The notes below the pieces were generated by a model. It was not told the origin of the DNA and ran no database searches. It was given only the letters and a program-made list of their open reading frames with translations. From Bispira polyomma (lineage: Eukaryota), in the NCBI GenBank assembly GCA_965649765.1, contig OZ287751.1, forward strand, positions 38,130,001-38,194,000: a stretch of DNA of 64,000 nt, read 5' to 3'. The translations under genes and the position numbers were made by a program. Position 1 is the first letter of the stretch. Each line of letters opens with the position of its first letter. Shown piece after piece: positions 24,320-36,464 of this stretch.

Positions 24320-25608
24320 CAAAAAATCAGTACTTTTTTGCTATCTCAGAAACTTGGGATCTTAGCTTTTTCTTGGTACAAGTTATCCATATACTTTTTG
24401 ATTTTATGTATGATGTCAAAATCTCACGGTTCTAAGTGTAGTACTTAATGACGAGTACTTCAAATGAGTAATTTGCTCTATTTTGCTCTGTCCAGCACTT
24501 TTATTAACTTTTCTTTTGAAGTACTTCTCATAGTTCAATGAAGTTTGCATGTACATTGCAAATACTAAAGCATAGATGTCTGTAAATATTTTGGATGAAT
24601 TTGGTGATAATTGACTGATAGACAGGGTTGATCAATTGAACAAAATGGAAAAAAAGTGTGGATGGGTTCTTTTTTCAGCGAGTGTGGTTTTATTTATTTT
24701 TAATTTTAGACCAGTACATGCAGTGTGTAAGTTTTAAGGAAAAGCCTCAATTTTCATTTATTTTTTACCCTGTCCAAAAATATGCGATCGTTACTGATAT
24801 ATAATGATTTAAATTTCGAAAATGTTAGAAATTCATGTTTTTTTATAATGTCCATTATTTCGGAAACGGTGTGAGATAGAGCTCATTTTGCCCAAAAAGG
24901 CAAATTCTGCTTACATGTAAACTTTTTAAACAACTGAAAACTTGTACACCAAACAACTTTATTACAGGGGGGACAGCGATTTGTTCGAAATTCACAGAAA
25001 TTTGACCAATATGAGCAAAAGGAAATAATGTTAAGGCAATTCACTGGTAATTTGTGGAGGTTGTTCCATTGCATACAAATCTGACTCGTATCCAGATACA
25101 TTAAGGTACTTCTGATGAATTTTAACCACAAGTTAGAAACTAAAGTCACTGGGTTAATATTGATTAAAAAGTGGACAGCATTTCGCCATTTTCAAACAAT
25201 AGTAAATATTTAGATTAAAATATTACCTATAAGTTTTATTAACAATAATAATTGTGTTATGAAATAGTTTATGTACACGACACATAATATAAGAATCAGA
25301 AAAGAAACCGCAATACAGCCCAATAGCCAATCATTGTTACTGTCTAATCATCAACCTTAAATTTTGGGCAGTACCACTGTTTATTTAGCTTTGTTGGTAC
25401 TTTAAATTTATTCAAAATTTATTTAGACAAACAATAATCTATATATTTGTGGTGTAGGCATGTGTATGTTATATGGATATTATAATGCGAAAATAATTCC
25501 TTTAAAATGAATTTTATACAGTGATTAGGTGTAATAACCATATTTATGGCCTGTCTTGTTTCAACTTAATGGACGCTTTATTTTTGTTACCAAAAACCGT
25601 TTTCTAGT
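24320..25608 (+). mobile_element. Diverged partial HINE-like element related to 2190-4092
   Basis: Shares the 5' body with the 2190 and 31530 copies; ends GGACGCTT...TTTTTGTTACCAAAAAC...TTTTCTAGTT. Confidence 0.6.
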
Positions 25609-26144
25609 TTGTATTTCTTCAATTGTTTCATTTCTTATTACACATAATGATACAATACGGCAAGGGAAAGGTAAACACCTACTACCAAGAAGATGAAGTA
25701 TTTAAAATACTTAAATTTACATAAAAAATTGCATTTAAAAAATAAGTGATCAAGACTTTTGGGAAATATTCAACTAAATCTTAACACATGTAGCAACACA
25801 AATAAGTCAATTACAAGAGAAGGTTTATGCTGAATTGCACTTTAAACAATACCAGTGGACAAGCTTAACTTCATAGTATTCATCAACTACTTTTGTTTTC
25901 TTCGAACTTTGCCTAATTAACAACACAAAACATCAAAGAAAATTGACTCAATGTACTTTATAAAAATCTACGAAGGCATGTAAACCCAGTGCCATTCAGA
26001 GGATAAATGATAAAATATTTCTAAATTTATTTTGTCATTCACACAATATAAAGCCAACTTGAGATACTTATAATGCATGAAATAATATTAATTTACACAA
26101 TATAATTTCCACCTTAGATACTTCATACTTATAATGTTTTAAAG

Positions 26145-26820
26145 CCTGTGGATCCCTCTACTTACTGCGCTCTGCAGAGATGTTGGCATTAATCCAGGTC
26201 TGCCAGCATCCATGCTAAAGATTAGTGTGTTTAACGCCTGATTTGTGCAGAATAAGGCACCCACCATCATTGACTTGATCACTACCGACGACCTGGATGT
26301 TGCTGCTGTCTCCGGGACGTGGTTAAGTAGTAGGAATGCTACATCTTTCTTGACTAAAATAACTCCTCTGGGGTTCAAATTCTTTCTCTCCACAAGGCTA
26401 TTATAACGTGGAGGGGGGTAAGCATTTTTGTAAAAAATTATCTCTCTTGTGAAGTTCTCAACAACCACTCCTTTTCCTCCTTTAAATCCATCACTTACAA
26501 AATTTCAAATTGTTTTTAGTCCTCCCTGGTTTCCTCTGTTTACCAACTAACCATCCCTTCTCTAGCTACCTTTACTCAAGAGTTTTCTAAATTTTTCGAG
26601 AACCTCAACCTTTTCCTATTCGAAGCCAATATCCTTTGTTGATTTCAATATCAAGGTTGACATAAAAAACACAACAACCAAAGACTTTGACAGCCTCCGC
26701 AACATTTTTACCTTCTCGCAGTTCCTTTCTAGTCCCAGTCCTACCCGTCTCCACAATCACACTCTGGATCTGGTAATAGCTAACATTGCCTATCTTAATA
26801 TGCCTGTATCCGTTTCACAA
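26145..26820 (+). mobile_element. L2/CR1-group LINE fragment: decayed APE endonuclease
   Basis: + frame from 26161 reads LCRDVGINPGLPASMLKISVFNA*FVQNKAPTIIDLITTDDLDVAAVSGTWL...RGGG; later HNHTLDLVI. These are APE motifs (NARS..NK, ETWL, RGGG, HTLDL). Confidence 0.8.
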
Positions 26821-27171
26821 AAACCTTGTGCAATAATAATAATAATAATAATAATTGGAACAAATTTAATCTAAAAAATGGCATTTTAAACAATTTTGGA
26901 AATACCTTGTATTTCCATGTGTAATAATAATAATAATAATTGGAACAAATTTAATCTTAAAAAAAGCATTTTAAACAATTTTGGAAATACAGTTAAATTT
27001 TAACTAACAATATCTTCATTAGTTTCAAATCGGCCCGGTGTCGAGATGGCCACCAACAGTTAGCACAAACAGATTTTTTTGCTTTCAATCCACTTCAAAC
27101 AGAAAATGTGGCAGGTTGCATCAATTACTGTTGAAACTGCAAACTTTGAAACTGCCGTTAGTGTCAAAACA

Positions 27172-27175
<4 letters not shown>

Positions 27176-27223
<48 letters not shown>
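27176..27223. repeat. (AT)n microsatellite
   Basis: About 24 uninterrupted AT units. Confidence 0.95.
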
Positions 27224-27228
<5 letters not shown>

Positions 27229-28333
27229 TAGTCCCAAAGCTCAGAAATGTACAGGAAATATATATATTTCCTGTCTTCATCAATCATAACTGATATTGTG
27301 TCACTTGTGATAACTAGGTTCATGGTTGTGATGAAATTTTATTTATTTCTATTATTTTTCCTTTTGTTGGTGCTAACTCTCTGAAGTTGTAGGACACCAA
27401 AACAATTGTGTACTATCCCCGCAAAAAGTTTAAAAAGGTTTTCTATAATGTTAACAGACTAACTGCATTCAAAATAGAGTTTACACCTAACAAAACCTAA
27501 TAAAATGATAGGAAAGTATAATGTCTACAGCCTGATGATGATACCTCTACTGGTGATTAAGGCTGAAAAATGAATAGTAGAATATTCGGCTCAGATAAAC
27601 CAGATAAAAATATAGAGATTTTGCTATTTGATAATTGTGTTTTGCCAATTTTAATCATTGTTTTATATACTTTCTTCACATAATACTGCTTATTTTTTTA
27701 GAAACTTAAGCAAATTCAAACAAAACTTTCCTAATTATCAATAAAAATAATATTCGATTATTCGTTCAGAATGCTTTCAACTATTCGGAATAGTGGAAAT
27801 TGCTATACGGTTTCAGCTCTATAGTGGTGATAATACATGTACCTTGAGTTACAGCAGTATTAATTCAGTTTTATCATCATGACCCAAAGTCAGTTGTAAG
27901 GGAAGTAGCATATAGTACTGTGGTGTGATATCTAGAGAATGGAGCAAATTAATGTAAATTTCAGTTACTTCCAACTGAAAAGGGTTTGCCCATATATCTA
28001 CCAGTAAACTTTTGCAAGAGACCCTCCAGAATTTCTTTTGATTTTTACAAAAATGTGTGTTATCTTAAAATGGATGGATTCTAGGGTGACCCAAAGGTTA
28101 ATTTTATTTTCAAACCACAAGCGTGTCATCAATCTACTAGTGTATTATGAAATCTTGAGCTGCATGTCACGTCCTTGTTTGTGGCAAATTATATATACAT
28201 ACTTCCCACTGTAACAGTGCCGGTGTATATTTTCAGTTAAGTGGTGGTGTGTATGAATCATTGGATGTCAGAATGTCATACATTGTAGTTATGACCAAAA
28301 AGCGTTGATTAAAACCAGTGTGCAACGATCACA

Positions 28334-28407
28334 ATGAATGGGACACTAATTCCACATACACCAATTGCAGTAGACTTCTGGAAGGTTCGAAAATGCCCTT
28401 CAGCCAA
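28334..28407 (+). CDS. DCLRE1B: 5' exonuclease Apollo/SNM1B, coding exon 1
   Basis: [24 protein letters not shown](K), cf. human [16 protein letters not shown]. Donor gtgagt at 28408; upstream acceptor ttttcag at 28236. Confidence 0.95.
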
Positions 28408-28927
28408 GTGAGTAATAAACGTTAAAAAAGCAATACACATATATATCCTGAAGGTGACTGACAGCAAAATATGTCGCTCACTAAACATTTAACTTAAGTC
28501 AAACATTAATTTTTGTTGAAATACAGTGAAACCCTGTTGGGTCGAATCTGAAGGGACCATAACTATTTGTTGTACTTAACAGAAATTCTACTTAACAGAG
28601 TAAATTACAATTATAAATACAGCAATGGCACCTTTAAATAATTTCTACTAACCAGGTAATTCCACTTATCGAAGTTCTACTTAAAGGGGTTTGACTGTAA
28701 TTTAATTTAATCTATTATCTTAAGTTTCTGTTTATTGTGGGCAGATAATAACAGTAATTAAGTGTTTTACCTTTTGATGATTTTTCTGATTTTGATATAA
28801 CAGGTTCACAACTTGTTGTCTTTTGGTTTTACATATAAACCTAACTAATGTGTCATAGAAAAGTCAAAATAAAGTCAACCTGTATGCTATTGCAGTAATA
28901 TACAAATATTGTGTCATTTGTTGCCAG

Positions 28928-29042
28928 GCTGTTTTTTCTTACTCATATGCATGCGGATCACACAGTTGGACTGACACCATCATGGGCCCGTCCTCTGTAT
29001 TGCAGTCCTGTCACAGCCAGATTGCTGAAACACAAGTTCAAG
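28928..29042 (+). CDS. DCLRE1B: Apollo coding exon 2 (HxHxDH metal-binding motif)
   Basis: [38 protein letters not shown]; ccag| acceptor and |gtcagt donor. Confidence 0.95.
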
Positions 29043-29362
29043 GTCAGTTCAGTGACACCCCCCCCCCCCCCCCCTACTGGCCGATTTCACTTCCTTGTTT
29101 TGCTTGTTCTTACTTTTTTGTTTGGGTTTATCGCACTGTTCAACACAATATTGGTTCTCCTTCTACAGAATCTAATCTAATCCAATTAAACTTTTATATT
29201 CCTTAATCCTTATTAAGGCGAATTCTGAGGACTGAGGTGCATATTACATATTCATATTCATGTCTCGCAACGTCCTCTTCCGGAAAGTGTACCTATCCCA
29301 GAATTGACTTTAATAACTTTAAATGTGGTACCTGGTAAATGTGTCTTATTCTATTTGTTTAG

Positions 29363-29538
29363 ATCAAAGACAGTTTGATCCATACTCTGGAGGTTGGGGA
29401 GAGTCACACTGTCTTCCTAGATGACACTCACTGTGAGCAGATGACAGTGACACCCCTGGATGCTCACCACTGCCCTGGATCCGTCATGTATCTCTTTCAA
29501 GGTTACTTTGGGACCATACTACACACAGGGGATTTCAG
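29363..29538 (+). CDS. DCLRE1B: Apollo coding exon 3
   Basis: [15 protein letters not shown]...[26 protein letters not shown](R); tttag| acceptor and |gttaga donor. Confidence 0.95.
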
Positions 29539-30339
29539 GTTAGAATCTATACCTTTTGGCTACTGCAGTAAACCATCCATATAGTGAACAGGGGTATCTC
29601 TAGCATGTATATTCAAAATATAAAGAAACATTTGACTTTGGCGGCTGCCATCTTTAATATCTGTGTCATTTTTTAAATAGGCTATATCTCGAAAATGCTG
29701 CGAGATAGAGCGAGCCAAAATGTTCTCTATAAAGAAGTGTTCACAGTTTAGAGGGTCTGTACAAATACACAACTGGTTGCAAAAACAGGACTGGCAAAAA
29801 GTTTTCATTATATAGAGGTGTTAACTATTAAGGTGTTCTGTATCAGAGGTTTTGCTGTGTCCTACACTGGGGATTTCAGGTATTTTAATAATTAAGGCAT
29901 GGAATGGTAGGAAAATACATGGGCGGGGTAGTCACTTGATCAGATCCAGGTACCTCAAGCTTAGTAAAATAGTTAGGTAAACATACAAAATATTTGGGTA
30001 ACAGAAATTCTGTAAATTTTTTAATTGAAATTTGAAAATCAATAAGAAAGTAAAATGGAACAAAAACACAAACCAAATAGTTAAATAGGGCTGTTTATAC
30101 GATGGATACATTAATTTTGTAGTGTCAAGCAAAGTATGTAAAGTGTATGCTGTAAAAAGAATAGAATATATTGACGACCTATCAGTGTTGACCTGACCAT
30201 CAGAGAGTGACTAGTCAACACATAATTTTAGGTGTTGGAAGGGCGCTATTTGAAATACATGCCAGAATAGTACAGTATTAAAGTGAGGAACAATCCTATT
30301 TTCTGAGCATTTGACCAGGCACCATGAAAATGTGTGTAG

Positions 30340-30668
30340 GTTTATAGTCAAATATCACCTCTATTGAGGTCACAGTCGACTTTACAGTTTACACCCCCAG
30401 CATGTGTTCTTCTATTTGTCGACCAATTGTTCAGTCTCAGCTCCCTCAGGAAGCATACTAGCCATGCTACCGCATACGGTGCAGAAAGACTACTACACAC
30501 AGTAGAAGTCAGGTACCCATTGATACACCTGGGTAGAGAGGGACAACTTAGTGTAAAGTACCTTGTCCAAGGGTACATCTTCAGGCCTGCGGCAAGGTTC
30601 GAACCTGGACCCTTAGATCCCTCTTGGATTAAAAGTCTTGAGACTTTAACCGCTAGGGCACAGAGACC
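30340..30668 (-). mobile_element. tRNA-derived SINE, family B (CORE-like central domain)
   Basis: GGTTCGAACC B-box and CCTTGGACAAGGTACTT...CTACCCAGGTGTATCAATGGGTACC on -. Confidence 0.75.
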
Positions 30669-30749
30669 ACAAATGTCACAAATCTTAGTGCGTTTGATCA
30701 GCATTCGAAAGGATGAAATTGTGTGAACTTGTTCTTATCTCCACTTCAG

Positions 30750-30922
30750 GTATTGCAGGAGCATGTTTGATGCAGGACCCCTTAGTACAGGACTTCGTAT
30801 CGATGTGCTCTACCTTGATAACACTTACTGTAACCCTGCGGTAGAACTGCCCACCCGTCAGCAAGCCTTAGAGGAAATCATCAGTATTATGGAGAGGCAT
30901 CCACAGCACAGGGTTCTTATAG
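30750..30922 (+). CDS. DCLRE1B: Apollo coding exon 4
   Basis: YCRSMFDAGPLSTGLRIDVLYLDNTYCNPAVELPTRQQALEEIISIMERHPQHRVLI(G), cf. human LYLDNTNCNP...HPQHNIKIG. Not in the ORF track. Confidence 0.93.
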
Positions 30923-31231
30923 GTACAGTCAAACTCTGAGAACTTTGAGGATAAGTGAAATTACCTCGTTAGTGGAAGGTATTTTAAGGTCCCATTGTCA
31001 TATTTATAACTGAGAGCTGTCTTGTTAAGTAGAATATCTGTTAAGTAGAACAAATATTTGTGGTCCTTTCAGATTTGACTTAACAGGGTTCCACTGTATT
31101 TTAAGAAACTCAGCCAAGTAGGCCATACACATGGTGATTTCCCGTCGATGACAATTTGTCTGAGATGAAAAATTGCAGAATTTAGATTTGCAGCACATAA
31201 GAGGATTTGAAGGTTTGTTAATTACCATACA

Positions 31232-31482
31232 TTTGAATTTGGATATTTAACGTCCACTCTAGTACCTTTTAGTAGGTTATATTGGGACGGGTAGTTGGAA
31301 ACACTGGAGGAAACACTGCATACAGTCGGTCAAGGTTCTGCAGAGAAACCAGCGGCCCACAGTAAGGAACTACCACCTTTCCCACATAGGCATTGACGGG
31401 ATTCGAACTCACGCCGCCCAGAGGTGAGAGACCAGTGATTGTGAAGCGCAGTGCTTGCTAACCACTAGGCCACCGCGGCCCC
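31232..31482 (-). mobile_element. tRNA-derived SINE, family A, full length
   Basis: A/B boxes; perfect 15-bp TSD GTTAATTACCATACA (31217-31231 and 31483-31497). Confidence 0.9.
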
Positions 31483-31529
31483 GTTAATTACCATACAAGG
31501 GATTGGCAATACTATTAAACTTTTGAAAC

Positions 31530-33201
31530 TAATTAAGCGTCCCTTGAAAAGGGCGCTTATTTGGTTTCACCCCTGGTTTTCTCGCTGCCGCCGCCGCTGC
31601 ATGGTCTTCCTTGAATATCTCCTTTAATATTATCTGCATCAAAATATTTTTGGCAGTTCTCTTAACCAGGAGTGGGAAATTTTTTGATATTCTTGGCTTT
31701 GAACTTTGGCCTACTTAAATGTCAGGTGACCCTGGGGGTGTAAAAGTGCTTGTCACTAGGTTTTCTCAGAAAGTATTCATCATAGCTCAATGAAATTTGG
31801 TATGTACCTTGGTAAGGCAATTTTCAAGACGGGAGACGCTAATGAGATTAATCGGATGATAATTGACCGATTGCCAACCGATTGATTTTTATTGAAATGC
31901 GAAAAATCGGTACTTTTTTGCTATCTCAGAAACTATTGGGATTTGGGCTTTTTCTTGGTATAAGTTATTCATCTACTTTTTGATTTTATGTATGATGTAA
32001 AAATCTCACAGTTCTAAGTCCAGTACTCAATGAGTACTGAGTACTTCAAATGAGTAGTTTGCTCTATTTTGCTCTATCTTGCACTTTTATCAACTTTTCT
32101 TTTGAAGTACTTGTCATAGTTCAATGAAATTTAGCATGCACATTGCAAATACCAAAGCATAGATGTCCGTAAATTTTTAGATCAATGTGGTGATAATTGA
32201 CTGATTGACAGGGTCGATCAATCATACAAAATGGGGAAAAAAATGTGTTGATGGGTGCTTTTTTGAGCGTGTGAGGATATTTTTTATTTTTAATTTTAGA
32301 CCAGTACATGCAGCGCGTAACTTTTAAAGAATAGCCTGAATTTTTATTTATTTTTTACCCCATCCAAAAATATGCGATCGTTACTGATATAAAACGATTT
32401 CAATTTCGAAAATTTAAAAAATTAAGGGTTTTTTTTTAAAGCGTCCATTATCTCGGAAACAGTGCTAAATAGAGCGATTTCGAGCTCATTTTCGACCCAC
32501 AGGGTTGATTTTGCCAATATGTAAACTTTCAAAAAATTTTCAATTTTGGCGGCCATCTTGAATTTCTGCGTCTTTTTCGAAAATGTCAAATATCTCGGAA
32601 ATGGTGCTAGATAGAGCGATTTCGAGCTCATTTTCGACCCCCAGGGTTGATTTTGCTCATATGTAAACTTTAAAAAAATTTCAATTTTGGCCGCCATCTT
32701 GAATTTCTGCGTCTTTTTCGAAAATGTCTGTTATCTCAGAAACGGTGCTAGATAGAGCGATTTCAAGCTCATTTTCGACCCATGGGGTTGATTTTGCTTA
32801 TATGTAAACTTTTAAAAAAATTTTGGCGGCCATCTTGAATTTCTGCACCTTTTTCGAAAATGTCAAATATCTCGGAAACGGTGTTAGATAGAGCGATTTT
32901 GAGCTGATTTTCGACCCACAGGGTTGATTTTGCTTATATGCAAACTTTCAAAAAATATTTTAATTTGAAGTAATTTTTGATTTGGGCAACCATCTTCAAT
33001 TTCTGCGTCTTTTTCGAAAATGTCTATTATCTCGGAAATGGTGCTATATAGAGCGATTTCGAGCTTAAATTTGACCAAAAGTGCTGATTCTGCTTATATG
33101 TCAACTTTTAAACAATATCAAACCTTGTACACTAAACAATTTCATTATTATTTTAACTTTAGGGACGCTTCGTTTTTGTTATCAAAAACTGTTTTCTAGT
33201 T
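31530..33201 (+). mobile_element. Complete HINE-like element with ~4 units of the 142-bp array (DCLRE1B intron 4)
   Basis: 5' AAGCGTCCCT / 3' AGGGACGCTT subterminal inverted repeat; 3' hairpin GTTTTTG-TTAT-CAAAAAC; CTAGTT end. Confidence 0.8.
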
Positions 33202-33473
33202 TACCTTGATTTGAGTCCAATTACTGTTAGCGATAAGTCTAGTTGGCAAAACTTTGAAAGAATAACCATATTTTCTCCAAAACTACAGGTCCAACAGACT
33301 TCCTGTTTCCAGATACCTGGAGAGTTATAATATGGAGAAACATATTTGACAAAAAGTACTTACTCAGTTTTAAATCAGTAATATGTATATTCTTTTCATA
33401 AAGCATTAAATATCTTGTAATTCTGTACAGTGTCTGTATATGTTATAACTGTGTATGGTTCCGGCATTTTCAG

Positions 33474-36374
33474 GAATGCGTCAGCTTGGCAAAGAAGACC
33501 TGCTTGTAAAATTAGCTAAGCACTTCAAGGTATATGTCAGTGTTGAACCATGGCGCCACACTCTGTATGAACAACTGGAGCTGCCCCCAATTTTCAGCCA
33601 GGATGAAAACACAGGTAGAATCGTCACTGTGGACACAAACAAATTCAACCTAAAGCTTCTGGAGCGGTTTAATCTAGAATGTCCAACCATTGCTGTCTTA
33701 CCTACTGCACTGTACACGATTTTGCATCAGAACCAGTTGCAAACCAGGAACTCAAATGTGTATGTAGTACCTTACTCGGACCATTCGTCTTTTCACGAAC
33801 TCAAGGAGTTTGTGTCTCAAGTTCGGCCGGGAAAGGTTATCCCTGTCGTTAAGGAAAAGAGGCACGAAGGAAAGGTGTTGGCCACAAGTAATATGAGTCA
33901 TTTTCACAGTTGCCTCGATCCCTATAACTCTCCCCTCGACAGCATAGAAATACCAGACTCGGTGAAAGCCTTTATTGAAAACCGTAACGTCTCAGAGAAG
34001 CGGCCGTCGAGCTCACTGACGAGAATAGAAGCAGCCCATCTGAGGAAACCTCTGTTCTCAAGGAAGATCTCATCGGGTGACAGGAGTGTGAAAGGTGTTC
34101 AGTACGACAGTTCTCTGACTGGACAAAGTGTATGTAGTAGTAGTACTAGTAGTGGTAGTAAAGTAGAACCTGAAATGCCTTTACTGGTTGTAGAGCCTCC
34201 CCCTTGTATCATCACTTCATCCGCCGGATATGAGGAATTTCCTCCTGTGATTAACATAGTGCCATTGGAGGAGCCATTAGAGGAGACCACCAATACGACG
34301 GTGCAGCACAGCAGAGTAGGTACTGTGCCAGAGGAGCAGGGTATGCTAAATACAGAGGGCACCAATCAACAGGAGTCAACATTTCCACACCAGGTGGCAA
34401 CACAGGTCTCCTCTGAGCAGAGAAGCAGCAATGGTCAAAAAGAGGGATCAGAAAGGAGTGAACATCAGTCGGTATCACAAGATGACGATGTAGAGAGGGA
34501 TGATTATGCAGGTGAATCTGCACATATACATAGTTCTAGTGGTAGTGGACAAGGGACTTCGACTGATCTTACAACAGAGCGTAATGATATGGTTGGCATA
34601 CAAGATGGTGGATGGGTATTACTTCAAAATGAAATAAAAACAGAGCCATGTGGTACTAATGCAGTAGTTTGTGATTTCCCAGGACAAGCCATTCAAAGTC
34701 ACAGCTTATTCTGTCTCAGTAGTGTCAAAGTTCAACCGCTGGACAGTTTGCAATTTGAGGCTGGAATTGTATCTGATCCAGTGCTCGATTCTGCTGCTGA
34801 TGTATATAAGGTGTTTAATATATATAACATGCCGACAAGTACAACTACAGAAAGCATTGAGACACATGAAGTAGGCCATCATCAGCATGGCCTTTTAAAG
34901 ATAGATGCTACAGATGACGAACATTCTGTGAACTGCACTAGTCCAGTTGATGTGCATCACCCAGATGGCCAGAAAGAATTTCTACCCAGAATAGTCCATG
35001 TTTCCAGTGTTTGTGATAGTGAAGAAAATCCACATCTCGATGTCATGAGAGGAAAGTCTCCTAGAAAAAGGGGTAGACCAAGAAAGCGTAAAAGACAGAT
35101 TGTCCAAAACAGCAGGCCAGTAGTGGAAGGAAGCACAGTGCCAAAAAGGGGAAGACCCAAAAAACTGACACCCGTAACTGAAAGTAGTAGCTCTGGGGAA
35201 GCATTGAAGCATGTGTGTAATAAAAGGGAGCCGTTAAAGGTCAAGATTGTGTGGGGACCTAGGCCAGATGAAGCTTTGACTACCAGGGCTAGAACATACA
35301 GCCAATACCAGCCATGTGAAAGGAGAAAACTGACCCCAGAAGGTTCCTGTGAAACGAAATATCCATCAAAACTGAAAGACAGCATGTGTGAAGACAGTGT
35401 CTATGACCTTGACCAACATGAGAAGGATCATCCCTGCCCACACGATAAAGTAAATTCCTGTGACACCCATGCTAGTATTATTAAGGATAATGGTATCCAT
35501 CAAGAGAAAGGGATAATCCATCGTAAAAGAGGTCGACCAAAAGGCAGCATAAAAGTGTTCAGGCTTAGCAAGAGTGTTTATGTAGACAGACTTAATAGAG
35601 GTCCAGAGAGTGGATCAGTCCATAACAGTGATAAGCCTAATGAATGTGATTCTACTACCACATATAGTGCATTTGACAGCAGTAAAGCTATAAGTGGGAA
35701 AGTGAAAGGCAACAGAAGTTACCTTCAAAGGGGCAAACGTTCACGCACTAATCAGGAAGATAGAACGTCACTTATAACTGATAATGGAAGTACGTCACTT
35801 CTAACTGATAATGAAAGCACGTCATTTATAGCTGATAATGTAAGTACGTCACTTCTAACTGATATTGGAAGCACGTCACATATAACTGATAATGTAAGTA
35901 CGTCACTTCTAACTGATAATGGAAGCACGTCACTTATAACTGATAATGTAAGTAATCAAATGAACAAGAAGGTAGATATAGGTTGTATAAGAGTTTCTGT
36001 GGATGACAAGTGTTGTCAGACAGATCAACCAGGGGACATAGGGCTTAGTAGTGGAGAGAACGGTGACATTATAGAGGATAAGTTAATATTAGGTTCCGTC
36101 TCCATGATTGAAAACACTGAACAATGTGAGGCACAAGAATGTGAAGCACAAGAATGTGAAGTACAAGAAGATCTTCTTCAGGTCAACGATGACAGATGTT
36201 GTTGGACAGGCTGTAGTGAAGGAACAGAGACAAATCATTTGTTAGGTGATACCATAAAGCAGAATAATGGCAAAAACCAAGAGAATGGCAATTCAAATGT
36301 GTCCATAGAAGAGTCAGGGTTAGGACTGCGCCATTTTGTAGTTGAGAGTCAGAGCTTCTCGCAAGAAAGTGAAG
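33474..36374 (+). CDS. DCLRE1B: Apollo coding exon 5: beta-CASP domain plus long low-complexity region with AT-hooks
   Basis: ttttcag|GA ATG CGT CAG CTT GGC AAA GAA; LGKEDLL, PTIAVLPT, VPYSDHSSFHELKEFV, IPDSV; donor GAAG|gtaaat at 36375. Confidence 0.9.
35765..35953 (+). repeat. Coding 27-bp tandem repeat, 7 copies (TSLLTDNGS-like)
   Basis: ACGTCACTT(A/C)TAACTGATAATG(G/T)AAG(T/C) units. Confidence 0.9.
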
Positions 36375-36464
36375 GTAAATATAGCTTATTTTGACATTTT
36401 AAATCAATAAGAAAGTTGATTTTTTAAATCTTTATTGTATGTATCTTTATGGCATGTATATTAA

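Noticed and set aside
26139-26468. 109-aa minus-strand ORF
   Set aside because: Antisense shadow of a decayed LINE endonuclease on the + strand.
31390-31482. tRNA-like sequence with A and B boxes
   Set aside because: Extended box spacing, a non-tRNA 3' body, multiple copies and a TSD identify it as a SINE head, not a tRNA gene.
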